Shown in pieces: positions 9,546 to 19,637 of a stretch of 64,000 nucleotides of DNA (positions are counted from its first letter, which is position 1; the number at the start of each line of letters is the position of its first letter). The position numbers were made by a program, and so were the translations under genes. A model generated the notes under the pieces. The model worked only from the letters and a program-made list of their open reading frames with translations. It was not told the origin of the DNA and did not search any database. This DNA comes from Patescibacteria group bacterium (lineage in GTDB: Bacteria; Patescibacteriota; Minisyncoccia; Phycocordibacterales; Phycocordibacteraceae): assembly GCA_040388985.1 (NCBI GenBank), contig JAZKAU010000002.1:52570-116569 (forward strand), in the 5' to 3' direction.

Positions 9546-10301
9546 TTAGGGCTTATCGTCAGGCCCTATCGGCACGGCGTCTTCCCATACTGCATCGAAA
9601 TAATATCTGAACATCGTCACCATATCTCGGTCTCGAATCTCGATAATGCGAGGCTCGTTACTCATGATCTGCAATATCACCGTGTCATGGATGATATTGA
9701 AGTTACCTATAGGATTTGAACCTTTCTGCCAGAGCCGATATTCCGTCAGATCAGGATACCGCCGCAGGAGTTCCTGCTCGTGGTCGGTTATCTCGAAGTG
9801 AATGGTCTTCCAGATGATGCGTTTCTTCTCGCGCAAATCCATATACTCTCGTACGCCGTCTTCTCCAAGCAGTTTCGTCCATATCTCATGTGAAGGCACG
9901 CCGAAGCAGTAATCGACGGTTCCTTCAGGGAACCGTTCGAGCGAACTCAGCCAATACGCACGGTAGCTATCGACGCCTTCATAGACCGTGATCTGTTGCT
10001 CGACCTGTTGTCGATACTGCTTGATCTCCTTTATCACCTCATCAGCGATCTGCTCTCTCCGTTTCAACATCGTACGTATGCTGTCAGGCTCGGTGATCTG
10101 GAACCACCATACTCCGCGCTTGCTTATCTTGGTCACGAATCCCTTGCGGATGAGGGTCTCAAGGGCCTCATATACCACGTTCCTATGTATATCGAGCTTG
10201 GCGATAATCGACCCTGCCTTAGAAGAGCCGCTCTTTATGAGCGTCTCGTAGATCTGAGATTCATTCTTTGTCAGTCCCAGGGCCTGAAGATTCTCTATCA
10301 T
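9546..10301 (-). CDS. TrmB-family regulator 2 (helix HRNVVYE)
   Basis: LGLTKNESQIY wHTH, VYEG linker. Confidence 0.88.
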   Translation of the reverse strand: MIENLQALGLTKNESQIYETLIKSGSSKAGSIIAKLDIHRNVVYEALETLIRKGFVTKISKRGVWWFQITEPDSIRTMLKRREQIADEVIKEIKQYRQQVEQQITVYEGVDSYRAYWLSSLERFPEGTVDYCFGVPSHEIWTKLLGEDGVREYMDLREKKRIIWKTIHFEITDHEQELLRRYPDLTEYRLWQKGSNPIGNFNIIHDTVILQIMSNEPRIIEIRDRDMVTMFRYYFDAVWEDAVPIGPDDKP

Positions 10302-10509
10302 TTTGTCATTACAAATACAACAACATAAATATACGCCATTTCAACCAACAAGCAAGCCATTCTATAGCGTCCTGGCGAGCAGTTCTGTCACTCAGAATCG
10401 TTTGATGTGACTTCGCGATTTAGGTTTCCTTACACGGTCTGAGCCCTCATTCCTTAGGGACTCATATAGAACCAGCCGCTGGCTGAGCTTATAGGCGTAA
10501 TCAACCATA

Positions 10510-11637
10510 ATGAACAAGAAACTCTTGGCAGGTGCGATCATACTGATCGCGGCCATCCTCGTCATATCCTTCGTTTCTGTGCATCCAGCTAAGCAGTCAG
10601 AGGAGGCCGTGCGCATAGGACTCATAGCTCCGCTTACCGGACCGTTCGCTGACTGGGGAACCTCCATTCAGAACGGCATGCAGCTGGCAGTGCAGGACAC
10701 GCATCACACCTTCGACGTGAATTATCAGGATGATGGGTGCGCCGCTCGTAACGGCGTGTCTATCGCGCAAGAATTCTTTGACGTCGAGAACATCAAGCTC
10801 ATCATGGGGCCTGGCTGCGTAGAAGTGTTGCGTCCGATAGCACCGCTCGCAGACAGCAACGGAGCATTACTGCTCTCGACCGGACTCCTTGATGACGCCA
10901 TCTTCGCCGAACATCCGAGCGTACTCAATTTCGCCACCCAGATATCCGCTGAAGCGGAATATATGGCTGCATATCTTGAGTCGAAACAGGTGAAAAGAAT
11001 CGCTACCATATACGGAACGAATGACTTCGGGGTCGAGTTCTCCAAGCGCTTGCCAGAGTCGCTCGCCAAGCGGGGTATAACCGTAAGTGGCACCAACTCC
11101 AGCAACCTGGACATCACGGACTTCCGCACGATCATCCTGCACCTCATACAGAGCAAGCCAGATGCCATCTTCATCCATCAGGGTGAGAAGCAAGTTGGCC
11201 TGTTCGCCAAGCAACTCCGAGAGATGGGATACGACGTACCGATCTACGGAGGATATGGCACCGAAGCGGACTCGGTTCTTAATGCTGGCGGAAGTGCCGT
11301 CGAAGGCATCGAGTACACCTATCCGGTCAATAGTGCGGACGAAGCGCCAGAGAAGCTCGCCTTCGACAAGCGCTATGCGGAGATGTTCAACACTACCCCT
11401 ACGGCCACTTCGCGCTTCGTATATGACGGGATGATGATCCTCGATAAGGCGCTTGATGCATGTGCCGCGTCAGATACTACCTGCATCCGCGACTATATAC
11501 GACACATCGGAAAGTATTCCGGTATATCAGGAGACATGTACTTCAAGGAAGATGGCAGTCTCGTGCGGCCGTTCGGCATAAAGAAGATCGAGGGAGGGAA
11601 ATTCATCTGGGTCACCAAGGATATCAATATATTCTGA
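10510..11637 (+). CDS. Liv-type ABC substrate-binding protein 1
   Basis: N-terminal TM, RIGLIAPLTG, DDGC, DFRT, YDG. Confidence 0.9.
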   Translation: MNKKLLAGAIILIAAILVISFVSVHPAKQSEEAVRIGLIAPLTGPFADWGTSIQNGMQLAVQDTHHTFDVNYQDDGCAARNGVSIAQEFFDVENIKLIMGPGCVEVLRPIAPLADSNGALLLSTGLLDDAIFAEHPSVLNFATQISAEAEYMAAYLESKQVKRIATIYGTNDFGVEFSKRLPESLAKRGITVSGTNSSNLDITDFRTIILHLIQSKPDAIFIHQGEKQVGLFAKQLREMGYDVPIYGGYGTEADSVLNAGGSAVEGIEYTYPVNSADEAPEKLAFDKRYAEMFNTTPTATSRFVYDGMMILDKALDACAASDTTCIRDYIRHIGKYSGISGDMYFKEDGSLVRPFGIKKIEGGKFIWVTKDINIF

Positions 11638-11661
11638 CGGATCAGCACGAGCGGCTCGTCA

Positions 11662-12795
11662 TCAAATTCGTTCAGGTTTACCATTCCGTATTACCTTAAC
11701 GACGAAGCCCAGATCCGAGTTTCCGAGGGTATCGAGGGAGTAGGTACCCATGAGGCCTGTGTAGCCGTGTACGCTCGTCGTGAGCCAGTCATGCACGCGC
11801 TGGCTATCATCTCCCACGGCTTTGAGCGCGCCCGCTATCAGCATGACCGAGTCATAGGTGGATGCGGCGTGGAAGGCGATGAACGGCGGCGTACCGTACG
11901 TCTCCTGATACTTCGCGAAGAACACCTTCGTCGTAGTCGCGTCCGCGTCGTATGCAGGATCGGCGAAGTAGATTCCCTCGAAGGAACCGACGATATCCTT
12001 TGCGCTCGTGTTGAGGACGAAATTGAAGTCGGACATGAACGGCGCCGCTATCCCCGCTTCGCGTGCCTGCTTCACGAAGTACGCGCCACCGATTCCTGTC
12101 TGCGAGACGATGAGAATGGCATCCGGATTCTTTGCCTTCACTTTCGCGACGATGGTCCTGAAGTCATCGGTGCCAGGCTGGAACTCTTCCGAGACGACGA
12201 CCGTACCGCCCCCCTTCCCTATCTCACTCTCGAAGCTTTTCTTTAGGTCGAGCGTATATTCCGTGACTTCAGTAACAGTCGCGACATTCTTGAAACCGAG
12301 CTTGAGCGCTGCATCTGCAAGATCCTTGCCTGCAAGCGTATCGCCGTTGGCAACACGGAAGATGTACTCGCCCGCGTTGTCGACATTCGTACCGCCCGTG
12401 ACCGGCGTCATATAGATTACTTTGTTCTCATTCGCGAGAGGCGCTGCTGCCAGAGTCCCATTACTCGAGGTTCCACCGATGATGTACTTCACGCCCTCGA
12501 CGTTGATGAGCTTCTGCGCAGCCGCCAGCCCAGTCTTGCTGTCGAGACCTGCGTCTTCGACGACGAGTTCGAGCGGGCGTCCGTCTATTCCCCCTTCCGC
12601 ATTCACCTGCGCGACCGCAAGCTTCGCCGTCTGCACGATATTTTCTCCAAGCGCTGCGTAGTCGCCGGTAAGTATGGTCGATACACCTACCTTGATAGGC
12701 TCGCCAGAGGCGGGCGCATTCTTATGACTCAATACTAGATAGCCGAATCCGCCCAGCAAGATGAGAACCGCAAGCGTCCATGTAATGTATTTCAT
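11662..12795 (-). CDS. Liv-type ABC substrate-binding protein 2
   Basis: IKVG..LTG, NAEGGIDGRPLELVVED, DFRT, TYDSV. Confidence 0.92.
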   Translation of the reverse strand: MKYITWTLAVLILLGGFGYLVLSHKNAPASGEPIKVGVSTILTGDYAALGENIVQTAKLAVAQVNAEGGIDGRPLELVVEDAGLDSKTGLAAAQKLINVEGVKYIIGGTSSNGTLAAAPLANENKVIYMTPVTGGTNVDNAGEYIFRVANGDTLAGKDLADAALKLGFKNVATVTEVTEYTLDLKKSFESEIGKGGGTVVVSEEFQPGTDDFRTIVAKVKAKNPDAILIVSQTGIGGAYFVKQAREAGIAAPFMSDFNFVLNTSAKDIVGSFEGIYFADPAYDADATTTKVFFAKYQETYGTPPFIAFHAASTYDSVMLIAGALKAVGDDSQRVHDWLTTSVHGYTGLMGTYSLDTLGNSDLGFVVKVIRNGKPERI

Positions 12796-12833
12796 GAACT
12801 TGACTTTACTTATTTTGTGTCTCTATGTATATG

Positions 12834-12852
12834 TGTCGTCGACAGTCCGACA
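12834..12852. promoter_or_regulatory. Candidate TrmB operator TGTCG-N9-CGACA
   Basis: TGTCGTCGACAGTCCGACA, closely similar to 4073-4090, upstream of -10 TATAGT. Confidence 0.6.
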
Positions 12853-12873
12853 ACTCAGATATATAGTGTCTAT

Positions 12874-13650
12874 ATGCTTAAGGACACATTCGCCGAACTC
12901 GGGCTCTCAGAATCCTGCTATCGGGTCTACGCTACCCTGCTTGAATACGGCCCTTCTTCAGCCAAACAAATATCCGAGCGTCTCGAGCTGAACCGTCCGT
13001 CTACCTACGATTACCTGAAAGCGCTTACCAATAAAGGGTTGGTCATGGAACGCTTCGAAGATGCGAAAAACCTATTCCAAGTCGATGACCCGAAGCAAGT
13101 GACGCGCCTCTTGGACGAGCGCATCGAACAGTTGGCAGTGCAGCGCAAGCAGGTGGCACTTGAGATACCCGCGCTCATGAAGCATGCGGACTCCGTTGAC
13201 CCTACGTTCAAGTTCTATACCGGGAAAGAAGGCGTCCGGCAGGCACTCAATCAGATCGTGTACTCGGGCGAAACTGACAGCATCGCCATGTGGTCCATAG
13301 AGGACGTCGTGAACCTTCTCGGCGGCCCCGAGATGGTCGACATCGTGAAGAAACGCGTCCAGAACAAAGTGTACGTGCGAGGGATCTGGAGCTATACCGA
13401 TAATCTCGAGGACATGAATCGTAAGTTCAATCCGACCGTCGCCGAGGAGTCGCTACGTGAAGTCAGGATGGCGCCCAAGGAGATGCAGAATCTCAGCATG
13501 GGGTACTGGCTCGCCGGGAACACCGTCGCCTTCGTCTCATCCAAGCGGGAAGCATTCGGCTTCGTGCTTCGCAGCCGAGACTTCGCCGACTTCCTGCGCT
13601 CGCAGTTCGAGATGGTCTGGCAAGCTTCGACCCTTATAGTAAAAGACTAG
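12874..13650 (+). CDS. TrmB-family regulator 3 (helix RPSTYD)
   Basis: Paralog of regulator 1 (shared MGYW and RE/KE.FGF.I/L.S.DFA motifs); start moved to ATG 12874. Confidence 0.9.
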   Translation: MLKDTFAELGLSESCYRVYATLLEYGPSSAKQISERLELNRPSTYDYLKALTNKGLVMERFEDAKNLFQVDDPKQVTRLLDERIEQLAVQRKQVALEIPALMKHADSVDPTFKFYTGKEGVRQALNQIVYSGETDSIAMWSIEDVVNLLGGPEMVDIVKKRVQNKVYVRGIWSYTDNLEDMNRKFNPTVAEESLREVRMAPKEMQNLSMGYWLAGNTVAFVSSKREAFGFVLRSRDFADFLRSQFEMVWQASTLIVKD

Positions 13651-13654
13651 GATC

Positions 13655-14521
13655 CTAGAGCTTGAACTTCCCTACGAGCCCCTGCGGACGATAGAGCATG
13701 AGAAGGACGAGAAGGAGGCCATAGATAAGCTGACGCATCTGAGCGGCGATATCTGTCGAGAAGCCGACGAAGCGCAGCGCCTCCGGAAGCAGGACCAGGA
13801 CGAGCGCGCCGAGCACCGCGCCGCGAAGCGTCCCGAGGCCGCCAAGGATGATGATCGAGAGCATGAAGATGGATTCAGGAATATTGAAGGAGCTCGGATC
13901 GATGAAAGTGATGTAGGAGGCGAAAAGCGCACCCGCCACTGCCGCCATACCCGCGCTGAGTACGAATATAAGGAGCTTGAATCCTGATGTGCGGTAGCCG
14001 AAGACCGAGAGCGCCTCTTCGTCTTCACGTATGGCTTCCAGGGTGCGCCCGAAGGACGACTGCGTGATGAGCCTTCCGAAGGCGTAGACGATGGCCAGCA
14101 GTAGAAGCGCAAGGAGCAGGAAGAAGGCATTGTCCGAGAATACGAAGCCGAATAGTTCGGGACGGCTGATGCCCGGGATGCCGAGCGGACCGCGCGTGAG
14201 GCCCTGCCAGTTAAGGAGTACTGAGAAGACGATGACGTTGAAGCCGAGCGAACCGAGCGCATAGTAGTCATCGCGGAATTTCGAGAGTACGAGACCGATA
14301 AGCAGTGCTGCGAGCGCGCTCCCGAGGATGCCGAGCGCAAGGGCGCCGAAGAATCCGATTCCGGTGTTCGTAAGCAATAGCGCGACCACATACGCGCCGA
14401 TGCCGTAGAAGGCTGCGTGCGTCACGGAGAGCAGGCCTGTGTAGCCGACGAGCAGCTGGAGCGATATGGCGAGGATCGCGTAGATAGAGACCAGTATCGC
14501 CAGATGGATAATATATTCCAT
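13655..14521 (-). CDS. livM: Branched-chain amino acid ABC permease
   Basis: GYTGLLSVTHAAFYGIGAY, AIREDE, ILGGLG, RPQGL. Confidence 0.92.
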   Translation of the reverse strand: MEYIIHLAILVSIYAILAISLQLLVGYTGLLSVTHAAFYGIGAYVVALLLTNTGIGFFGALALGILGSALAALLIGLVLSKFRDDYYALGSLGFNVIVFSVLLNWQGLTRGPLGIPGISRPELFGFVFSDNAFFLLLALLLLAIVYAFGRLITQSSFGRTLEAIREDEEALSVFGYRTSGFKLLIFVLSAGMAAVAGALFASYITFIDPSSFNIPESIFMLSIIILGGLGTLRGAVLGALVLVLLPEALRFVGFSTDIAAQMRQLIYGLLLVLLMLYRPQGLVGKFKL

Positions 14522-14524
14522 ATA

Positions 14525-15400
14525 TCAGATGCGCTTCTTCCCCAGTATGCCCTGGGGACGGAAGAGGAGGAACAGGATGAGCACGGTGAAGGCAATGGCG
14601 TCTTTCCATTCGCCGGATATCTGCCAGATGCCGAAGTTCTCTGCAAAGCCCAGCAAGAAGGCGCCGAGGAATCCTCCGTAGACGCTGCCGATGCCGCCGA
14701 TTATAGCCGCGATGACGCCCTTGAGGAGGATGAGGAAGCCCATACGCGGCTCGATACCCGTATCCATGCCGGCGAAGACGCCGGCGAGTCCGGCGACAGC
14801 GGAGCCGATGATGAACACAGCCCCGATGATCGAATTGGTGTCGATGCCCACGATCTTCGCGACTTCTTCGTCGTCGGAGACCGCGCGTACCGCGCGACCG
14901 AACGACGTCTTCGTGAGCACTAGTCGCAGCGCAATGAGGACAACGACCGAGGACCCCAAGATGATTGCCTGGACGCTCGTCATGACACCGCTTCCGAAGT
15001 GAATGATATGTGTCGCGCCCGTAAGCATTGCTAGCGTCCGGAACTGGCTCGTGAAGAGCATGGCGATGAGGGCTTCGACAGCCGTAAAGGCGCCGAGCGA
15101 CGCTACGAGAAGTACCAGATTCGAGGCACGCCGAGCGCGTAGCGGCCGGAAGATGAGGCGCTCGAAGCCGTATCCGACTAGGGCCGCAGCCGCCACTGCG
15201 CCAATCACCGCGACCCACACCGGCGCGCCAAGCGTACTCCCTAGGTAGAACGCAGTGTACCCGCCCACTGCAGCCAGGACGCCGTGCGCGAGGTTGAAGA
15301 ACCGGGTTGCGCCAAAGACCAGGTTGAATCCCATCGCCACCAGCGCATAGAGCGAGCCCGCGATAAGACTGTTAACGATGAGCTGCGGGACGATGTCCAT
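14525..15400 (-). CDS. livH: Branched-chain amino acid ABC permease
   Basis: GSLYALVAMG, NLAHG, GRAVRAV, IIGGIGS. Confidence 0.92.
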   Translation of the reverse strand: MDIVPQLIVNSLIAGSLYALVAMGFNLVFGATRFFNLAHGVLAAVGGYTAFYLGSTLGAPVWVAVIGAVAAAALVGYGFERLIFRPLRARRASNLVLLVASLGAFTAVEALIAMLFTSQFRTLAMLTGATHIIHFGSGVMTSVQAIILGSSVVVLIALRLVLTKTSFGRAVRAVSDDEEVAKIVGIDTNSIIGAVFIIGSAVAGLAGVFAGMDTGIEPRMGFLILLKGVIAAIIGGIGSVYGGFLGAFLLGFAENFGIWQISGEWKDAIAFTVLILFLLFRPQGILGKKRI

Positions 15401-15460
15401 GTGTTCCCAGTATAAACGAGAAGGGCCGCATGCAATGCGGCCCTTCTCGAGAACTTCTGA

Positions 15461-16594
15461 CTACTGCGTGACTGGGACGATCTGTCCGTTCACGACCTGT
15501 TTGAGCACATACTCGCGCACGGCATCTCCATTTCTGTCTATCGTGAGCTGACCTGCTGCGCCCGGACGGTCTTTAACGGCGTAGAGTGCTCCTTTCACCG
15601 TATCCGGATTCGATCCATATGTAGTGATGAGATCGGTTAACAGGTGCACCGAATCGTACGTAGAAGCCCCGTAGATAGGCGGACTGCTAGGATCCATTGT
15701 TCCGAAACGCTTCGTATATGCATCGAGAAACGCTGCCGCTGCCGGTGAATTCTTGTCGAAGTTCACTTCTGCGAAGATGACCCCGTTGGACACGCCTGAG
15801 GTGAGAAGTGATGGGGTGGTCACTAATTCATTTGAGAAGAGAGGTGTCGTGATTCCCATATCCTTTACCTGACTCAGAAGGATCTGCCCACTTGCGGACG
15901 TATTTGGTACGAGATAGAGAGCATCAGGATTTGCTGCCTTCGCTTTCGTGAGCTGCGAACGGAAGTCCTTGGACGTCGTCTCGTATCCTTCCGAGGTGAC
16001 AATGGTGCCGCCGAGCTCTTTGAAGCGAGCTTCGAAGATATCCTTAAGTGCTTGGGCATAATCCGTCTGTTCGCTTATGACCGCAATGCTGCGATAGCCG
16101 CGACTCCAAATCGCTTCTGCCACTTTCTGGCCAGACGTAGCGTCCGACGCGAATGTCCGAAAGATGTAGTCTCCCGCCTTCGTGATGTCAGGACTTGAGG
16201 AGACTGGGGAGAGCAGGATGATATGCGCTGCTTCGGCGACGGGAGCTGCGCCGAGTGTTTCTCCGCTGCAGATGCCGCCGATGATGAATTTCACCTTGTC
16301 GATGTTGATCAGCTTCTGCGCAGCAGAAGCTGATGTCGGACCATCGCATCTTCCGTCTTCGTAGATGACCTCGTATTTCTGCGTGCTTGACGCATTCACT
16401 TCGTCAATGGCGCTCACGACGGCATTACGCGTCGACTCGCCGATAGGCGCCGCGTCTCCCGTGAGCGGCCCGATGAAGCCGATCTTTATGACACCGCTGC
16501 TTTGGGGCGCTGTGCGAGCAGTCCCCCACCACACGGCTCCCGCAAGGACGATAAGGGCGAGCACCGCCGCAAACGTCCGTTTCTTACTATTCAT
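15461..16594 (-). CDS. Liv-type ABC substrate-binding protein 3
   Basis: IKIGFIGPLTGD, EDGRC, GGICS, YIFRT, DFRSQL. Confidence 0.92.
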   Translation of the reverse strand: MNSKKRTFAAVLALIVLAGAVWWGTARTAPQSSGVIKIGFIGPLTGDAAPIGESTRNAVVSAIDEVNASSTQKYEVIYEDGRCDGPTSASAAQKLINIDKVKFIIGGICSGETLGAAPVAEAAHIILLSPVSSSPDITKAGDYIFRTFASDATSGQKVAEAIWSRGYRSIAVISEQTDYAQALKDIFEARFKELGGTIVTSEGYETTSKDFRSQLTKAKAANPDALYLVPNTSASGQILLSQVKDMGITTPLFSNELVTTPSLLTSGVSNGVIFAEVNFDKNSPAAAAFLDAYTKRFGTMDPSSPPIYGASTYDSVHLLTDLITTYGSNPDTVKGALYAVKDRPGAAGQLTIDRNGDAVREYVLKQVVNGQIVPVTQ

Positions 16595-16674
16595 AATCCA
16601 TGTAGCTATTTGTTAATAATCCACTGACGGAAATGCTATTGATTATATTGATTAGTGTCAAGAAATGTAGTATA

Positions 16675-16694
16675 TTGTTGGCATTAGCCGACAA
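16675..16694. promoter_or_regulatory. Candidate TrmB operator TTGTTG-N8-CGACAA
   Basis: Inverted repeat upstream of regulator 4; similar to 18791-18810. Confidence 0.6.
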
Positions 16695-16706
16695 CGATAC
16701 TAAACG

Positions 16707-17492
16707 ATGGCCAAGAACATACACGACGACTTCGCCGAGATACTAGAGTCCATCGGACTATCCGGACCCGAAGTACAGGTCTTCACGCTCCTCCTCGAGA
16801 GTACGGAGCCCATGCGAGCCACTCCCCTCTCGCGGAAGCTGCGCATTAATCGCACGACGCTCTACGGTCTACTAAAATCTCTGACCGAAAAAGGCTTGGT
16901 ATCGTCTACCGATGAACGCGGCGTGCTCTGCTTCCAGTCCATACAGCCGGAGCTTCTCGTCGACTACATCGAGCGCGCAAAGGAGCGGCTTTCTAAGAAT
17001 GCTGAGCGCATGCGCACGCTCCTCCCGGCGATCATGAGTTCCCGGAAGTCGAATCCGAAGTATTACCCCCAGATCCAATTCTTCGATGGCGTCGAAGGTA
17101 TCAAGCAGGTATACGAAGATACCCTTCGTAACAACAGATCGAAGACGATGCACGGGTTCACTGACTACACGGCAGTACTGGACTGCATGGGGCTCGACTG
17201 GGCCGGGTACTACATCAAGAAACGGAGCGAGATGAACGTCCAGTCCTACACGATCGCTCCTGATTCCGTGAAAGCGCGCGACGCGAAACGACGCGACAGG
17301 CGAGAGCATCGCATTACCAAGATATTCCCGCCCGGCTACACCTTCGATATAGAGATAGCGGCGTATGACGATCGAACGATACTCGTATCGTTCGACGCCG
17401 AGCACCCGCTCGCGGTCCTTATCATCGACCAGAAGATAGCGGACACCATGCGTTCCCTCTTCCGATACGTAGACGATACTCTTCCCGCATAA
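16707..17492 (+). CDS. TrmB-family regulator 4 (helix NRTTLYG)
   Basis: wHTH plus YPQIQFFDGVEGIKQVYEDTL. Confidence 0.9.
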   Translation: MAKNIHDDFAEILESIGLSGPEVQVFTLLLESTEPMRATPLSRKLRINRTTLYGLLKSLTEKGLVSSTDERGVLCFQSIQPELLVDYIERAKERLSKNAERMRTLLPAIMSSRKSNPKYYPQIQFFDGVEGIKQVYEDTLRNNRSKTMHGFTDYTAVLDCMGLDWAGYYIKKRSEMNVQSYTIAPDSVKARDAKRRDRREHRITKIFPPGYTFDIEIAAYDDRTILVSFDAEHPLAVLIIDQKIADTMRSLFRYVDDTLPA

Positions 17493-17527
17493 CGAAGAAC
17501 TGACACCGAGTCGCCCGTCGTGGGTAA

Positions 17528-17571
17528 CATAGGAACAAAAGCGCCTCTTCCGAGGCGCTTTTGTTCCTATG
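17528..17571. terminator. Bidirectional terminator hairpin between convergent genes
   Basis: CATAGGAACAAAAGCGCCTC-TTCC-GAGGCGCTTTTGTTCCTATG. Confidence 0.75.
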
Positions 17572-17582
17572 ACTTTTAGAAA

Positions 17583-18713
17583 TTATTGCGGAACGGTGAC
17601 TGCCTGTGCATTCTTTACGATCTTCACGTCGTAGGTCGCAACCTTCAGATCGCCACTCGAGTCGAAGCTGATATCCGGAAAGGAGACACCGGCTTTGTAA
17701 TCGAGAGCTTTGAGACCAGCGATAATGTCTTTGGAATCAGTTCCCTTCTGTGCGATCACCTGTGTGAGCATCTTGAGCGCATCGTACCCGAGCGGGGTAA
17801 CGATGTTGATCACCGTATCTCTTCCGTTTAATGCTTCTACTTTCGACTTGAAGTCCTCAGGACTCCCGACTGCGCCGGTAACGAACATCACGCCTTCCGC
17901 TGCAGGCGAGGTCAGGAACTCTTTCGCGATGAGCGCGTCTCCTCCGAACACGGGCGTGGTCATGCCAAGGTCGCGGAACTGCTGCGTTGCGATTGCTGCA
18001 AGTGCCGGATATGCCGGCATATAGATAAGGTCCGGCTTAGCTGCCTGTATCTTTGCCGCTACCGACTTAACGTCAGTCGCGTCCTGTGCCACGCCTTCAT
18101 TCATGACCACGGTGCCGCCGAGTTCGGTAAAACGCTCGTTAAAGACTTTTTGTAGCCCTTGACCCCAGTCGTTCTGAACATACATCACGGCCACCTTTCT
18201 CTTTCCCAGCGTGTTGTAGATGTACTCTGCCGAGAACCTCCCTTGGAAAGTATCTGTGGGATAGCTGTTGAATATCGAATCATCCCCTCCGGTAAGGCCG
18301 GGGGCAGACGCGCCGACAAGAAGCACCGGGATATTCGCAGCGCGTGCGATGGGTATTGCGGGCCCCGCCGCCGCTGAGCAGACCGGACCGATGATTGCGG
18401 TGACTTTGTCGACGCTAATCAGCTTCTGGAATACAGAGACACCGGTCGAGTCGCATTTATCATCCTCATATACGAGCTCGACCATGCGTCCCTTGATACC
18501 TCCTGCGTCGTTTATTTCCTTGAGTGCCAGTTCAAGTCCAGCTCTCCCGGCCTCACCATAGCTTGCCGCCTCCCCTGAGAGCGGCATAGAGACTCCTATG
18601 CGTATAGGGCTGGTATCAGGTGCAGGCTTACCTCCCTTGAGGAGCAACCAACTCCCAACGATCACCAGGACCATGACTACGACTGTCCCGAGCGTCTTCT
18701 TATTCTTGTCCAT
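17583..18713 (-). CDS. Liv-type ABC substrate-binding protein 4
   Basis: IRIGVSMPLSG, INDAGGIKGR, EDDKC, GPVCS. Confidence 0.92.
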   Translation of the reverse strand: MDKNKKTLGTVVVMVLVIVGSWLLLKGGKPAPDTSPIRIGVSMPLSGEAASYGEAGRAGLELALKEINDAGGIKGRMVELVYEDDKCDSTGVSVFQKLISVDKVTAIIGPVCSAAAGPAIPIARAANIPVLLVGASAPGLTGGDDSIFNSYPTDTFQGRFSAEYIYNTLGKRKVAVMYVQNDWGQGLQKVFNERFTELGGTVVMNEGVAQDATDVKSVAAKIQAAKPDLIYMPAYPALAAIATQQFRDLGMTTPVFGGDALIAKEFLTSPAAEGVMFVTGAVGSPEDFKSKVEALNGRDTVINIVTPLGYDALKMLTQVIAQKGTDSKDIIAGLKALDYKAGVSFPDISFDSSGDLKVATYDVKIVKNAQAVTVPQ

Positions 18714-18790
18714 AAATTCCGACAGGTATTACTAGTGGTATGCCTGCAAAATATACCTATCTTGACAAGAGTCAATGGCTTGTAGCATAA

Positions 18791-18810
18791 TTGTTGATAT
18801 AATCCAACAA
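18791..18810. promoter_or_regulatory. Candidate TrmB operator TTGTTG-N8-CAACAA
   Basis: Perfect 6-bp inverted repeat enclosing TATAAT, upstream of regulator 5. Confidence 0.65.
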
Positions 18811-18816
18811 CACGAC

Positions 18817-19602
18817 ATGGCTCAACAAATACAAGCTACTTTGACAGGCATATTCGAGAACCTCGGACTCTCATCCAGCGAGATACCTGTTCTCCTCTTC
18901 CTGCTTGAAAGCGCGAACGGTCTGCGCGCCACTGAGATAGCGCGCAAGACCCGTGTGAATCGCACGACGCTCTACGGCATATTGAAGAGCCTGACTTCCC
19001 GGGGCCTCGTATCTTCTTCGGAGGAGAACGGCATCATGCGCTTCCAATCCATACAGCCGCACCAGCTCACCGCCTATATCGAAAGCGCCAAGCAGCGACT
19101 CGAGAGCGATACGAAACGCTTGGATCAAGTCATTCCTGCGCTTGCGCATGCTCGCAAGGCTAAAGACGAGCAATATCCGCAGATACAGTTCTTCAGCGGC
19201 GTCGAAGGTATCAAGCAGGTATACGAAGACACCCTGCGGGATAACCCCTCGAAGGCTATATATGGATTCTTCGACTACGAGGCGACGCTCAAGCTTATGG
19301 ATACAGAGTGGCCTAATTACTATATTAAAAAACGAACCGAAGCAGGTATCGAGTCGCACACTATCGCGACTTATAGCCCGCTGACGCGCACCTTGAAGGA
19401 GTTCGACAAGGATTATTTACGCGTAACGAAGGAGTTCCCCGAAGGATTCTCCTTCGCCATGGAAATCAGCGCTTACGGAGATAAGACGATGCTCATATCG
19501 TTCAACGAAGATCATCCGCTCGCCATAATCATTAAGGATGCGAGGGTAGCGGAGACGATAAAGACTCTCTTCCGGTATATAGACAGCACGCTGCCAGATT
19601 GA
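18817..19602 (+). CDS. TrmB-family regulator 5 (helix NRTTLYG)
   Basis: Close paralog of regulator 4; start moved to ATG 18817. Confidence 0.9.
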   Translation: MAQQIQATLTGIFENLGLSSSEIPVLLFLLESANGLRATEIARKTRVNRTTLYGILKSLTSRGLVSSSEENGIMRFQSIQPHQLTAYIESAKQRLESDTKRLDQVIPALAHARKAKDEQYPQIQFFSGVEGIKQVYEDTLRDNPSKAIYGFFDYEATLKLMDTEWPNYYIKKRTEAGIESHTIATYSPLTRTLKEFDKDYLRVTKEFPEGFSFAMEISAYGDKTMLISFNEDHPLAIIIKDARVAETIKTLFRYIDSTLPD

Positions 19603-19637
19603 GTCGCGGTCACTACGCGCTAAACCTTGTACGCGTC

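Noticed and set aside
10302-10509. Riboswitch in the leader of binding protein 1
   Set aside because: Some hairpins but no recognisable aptamer consensus
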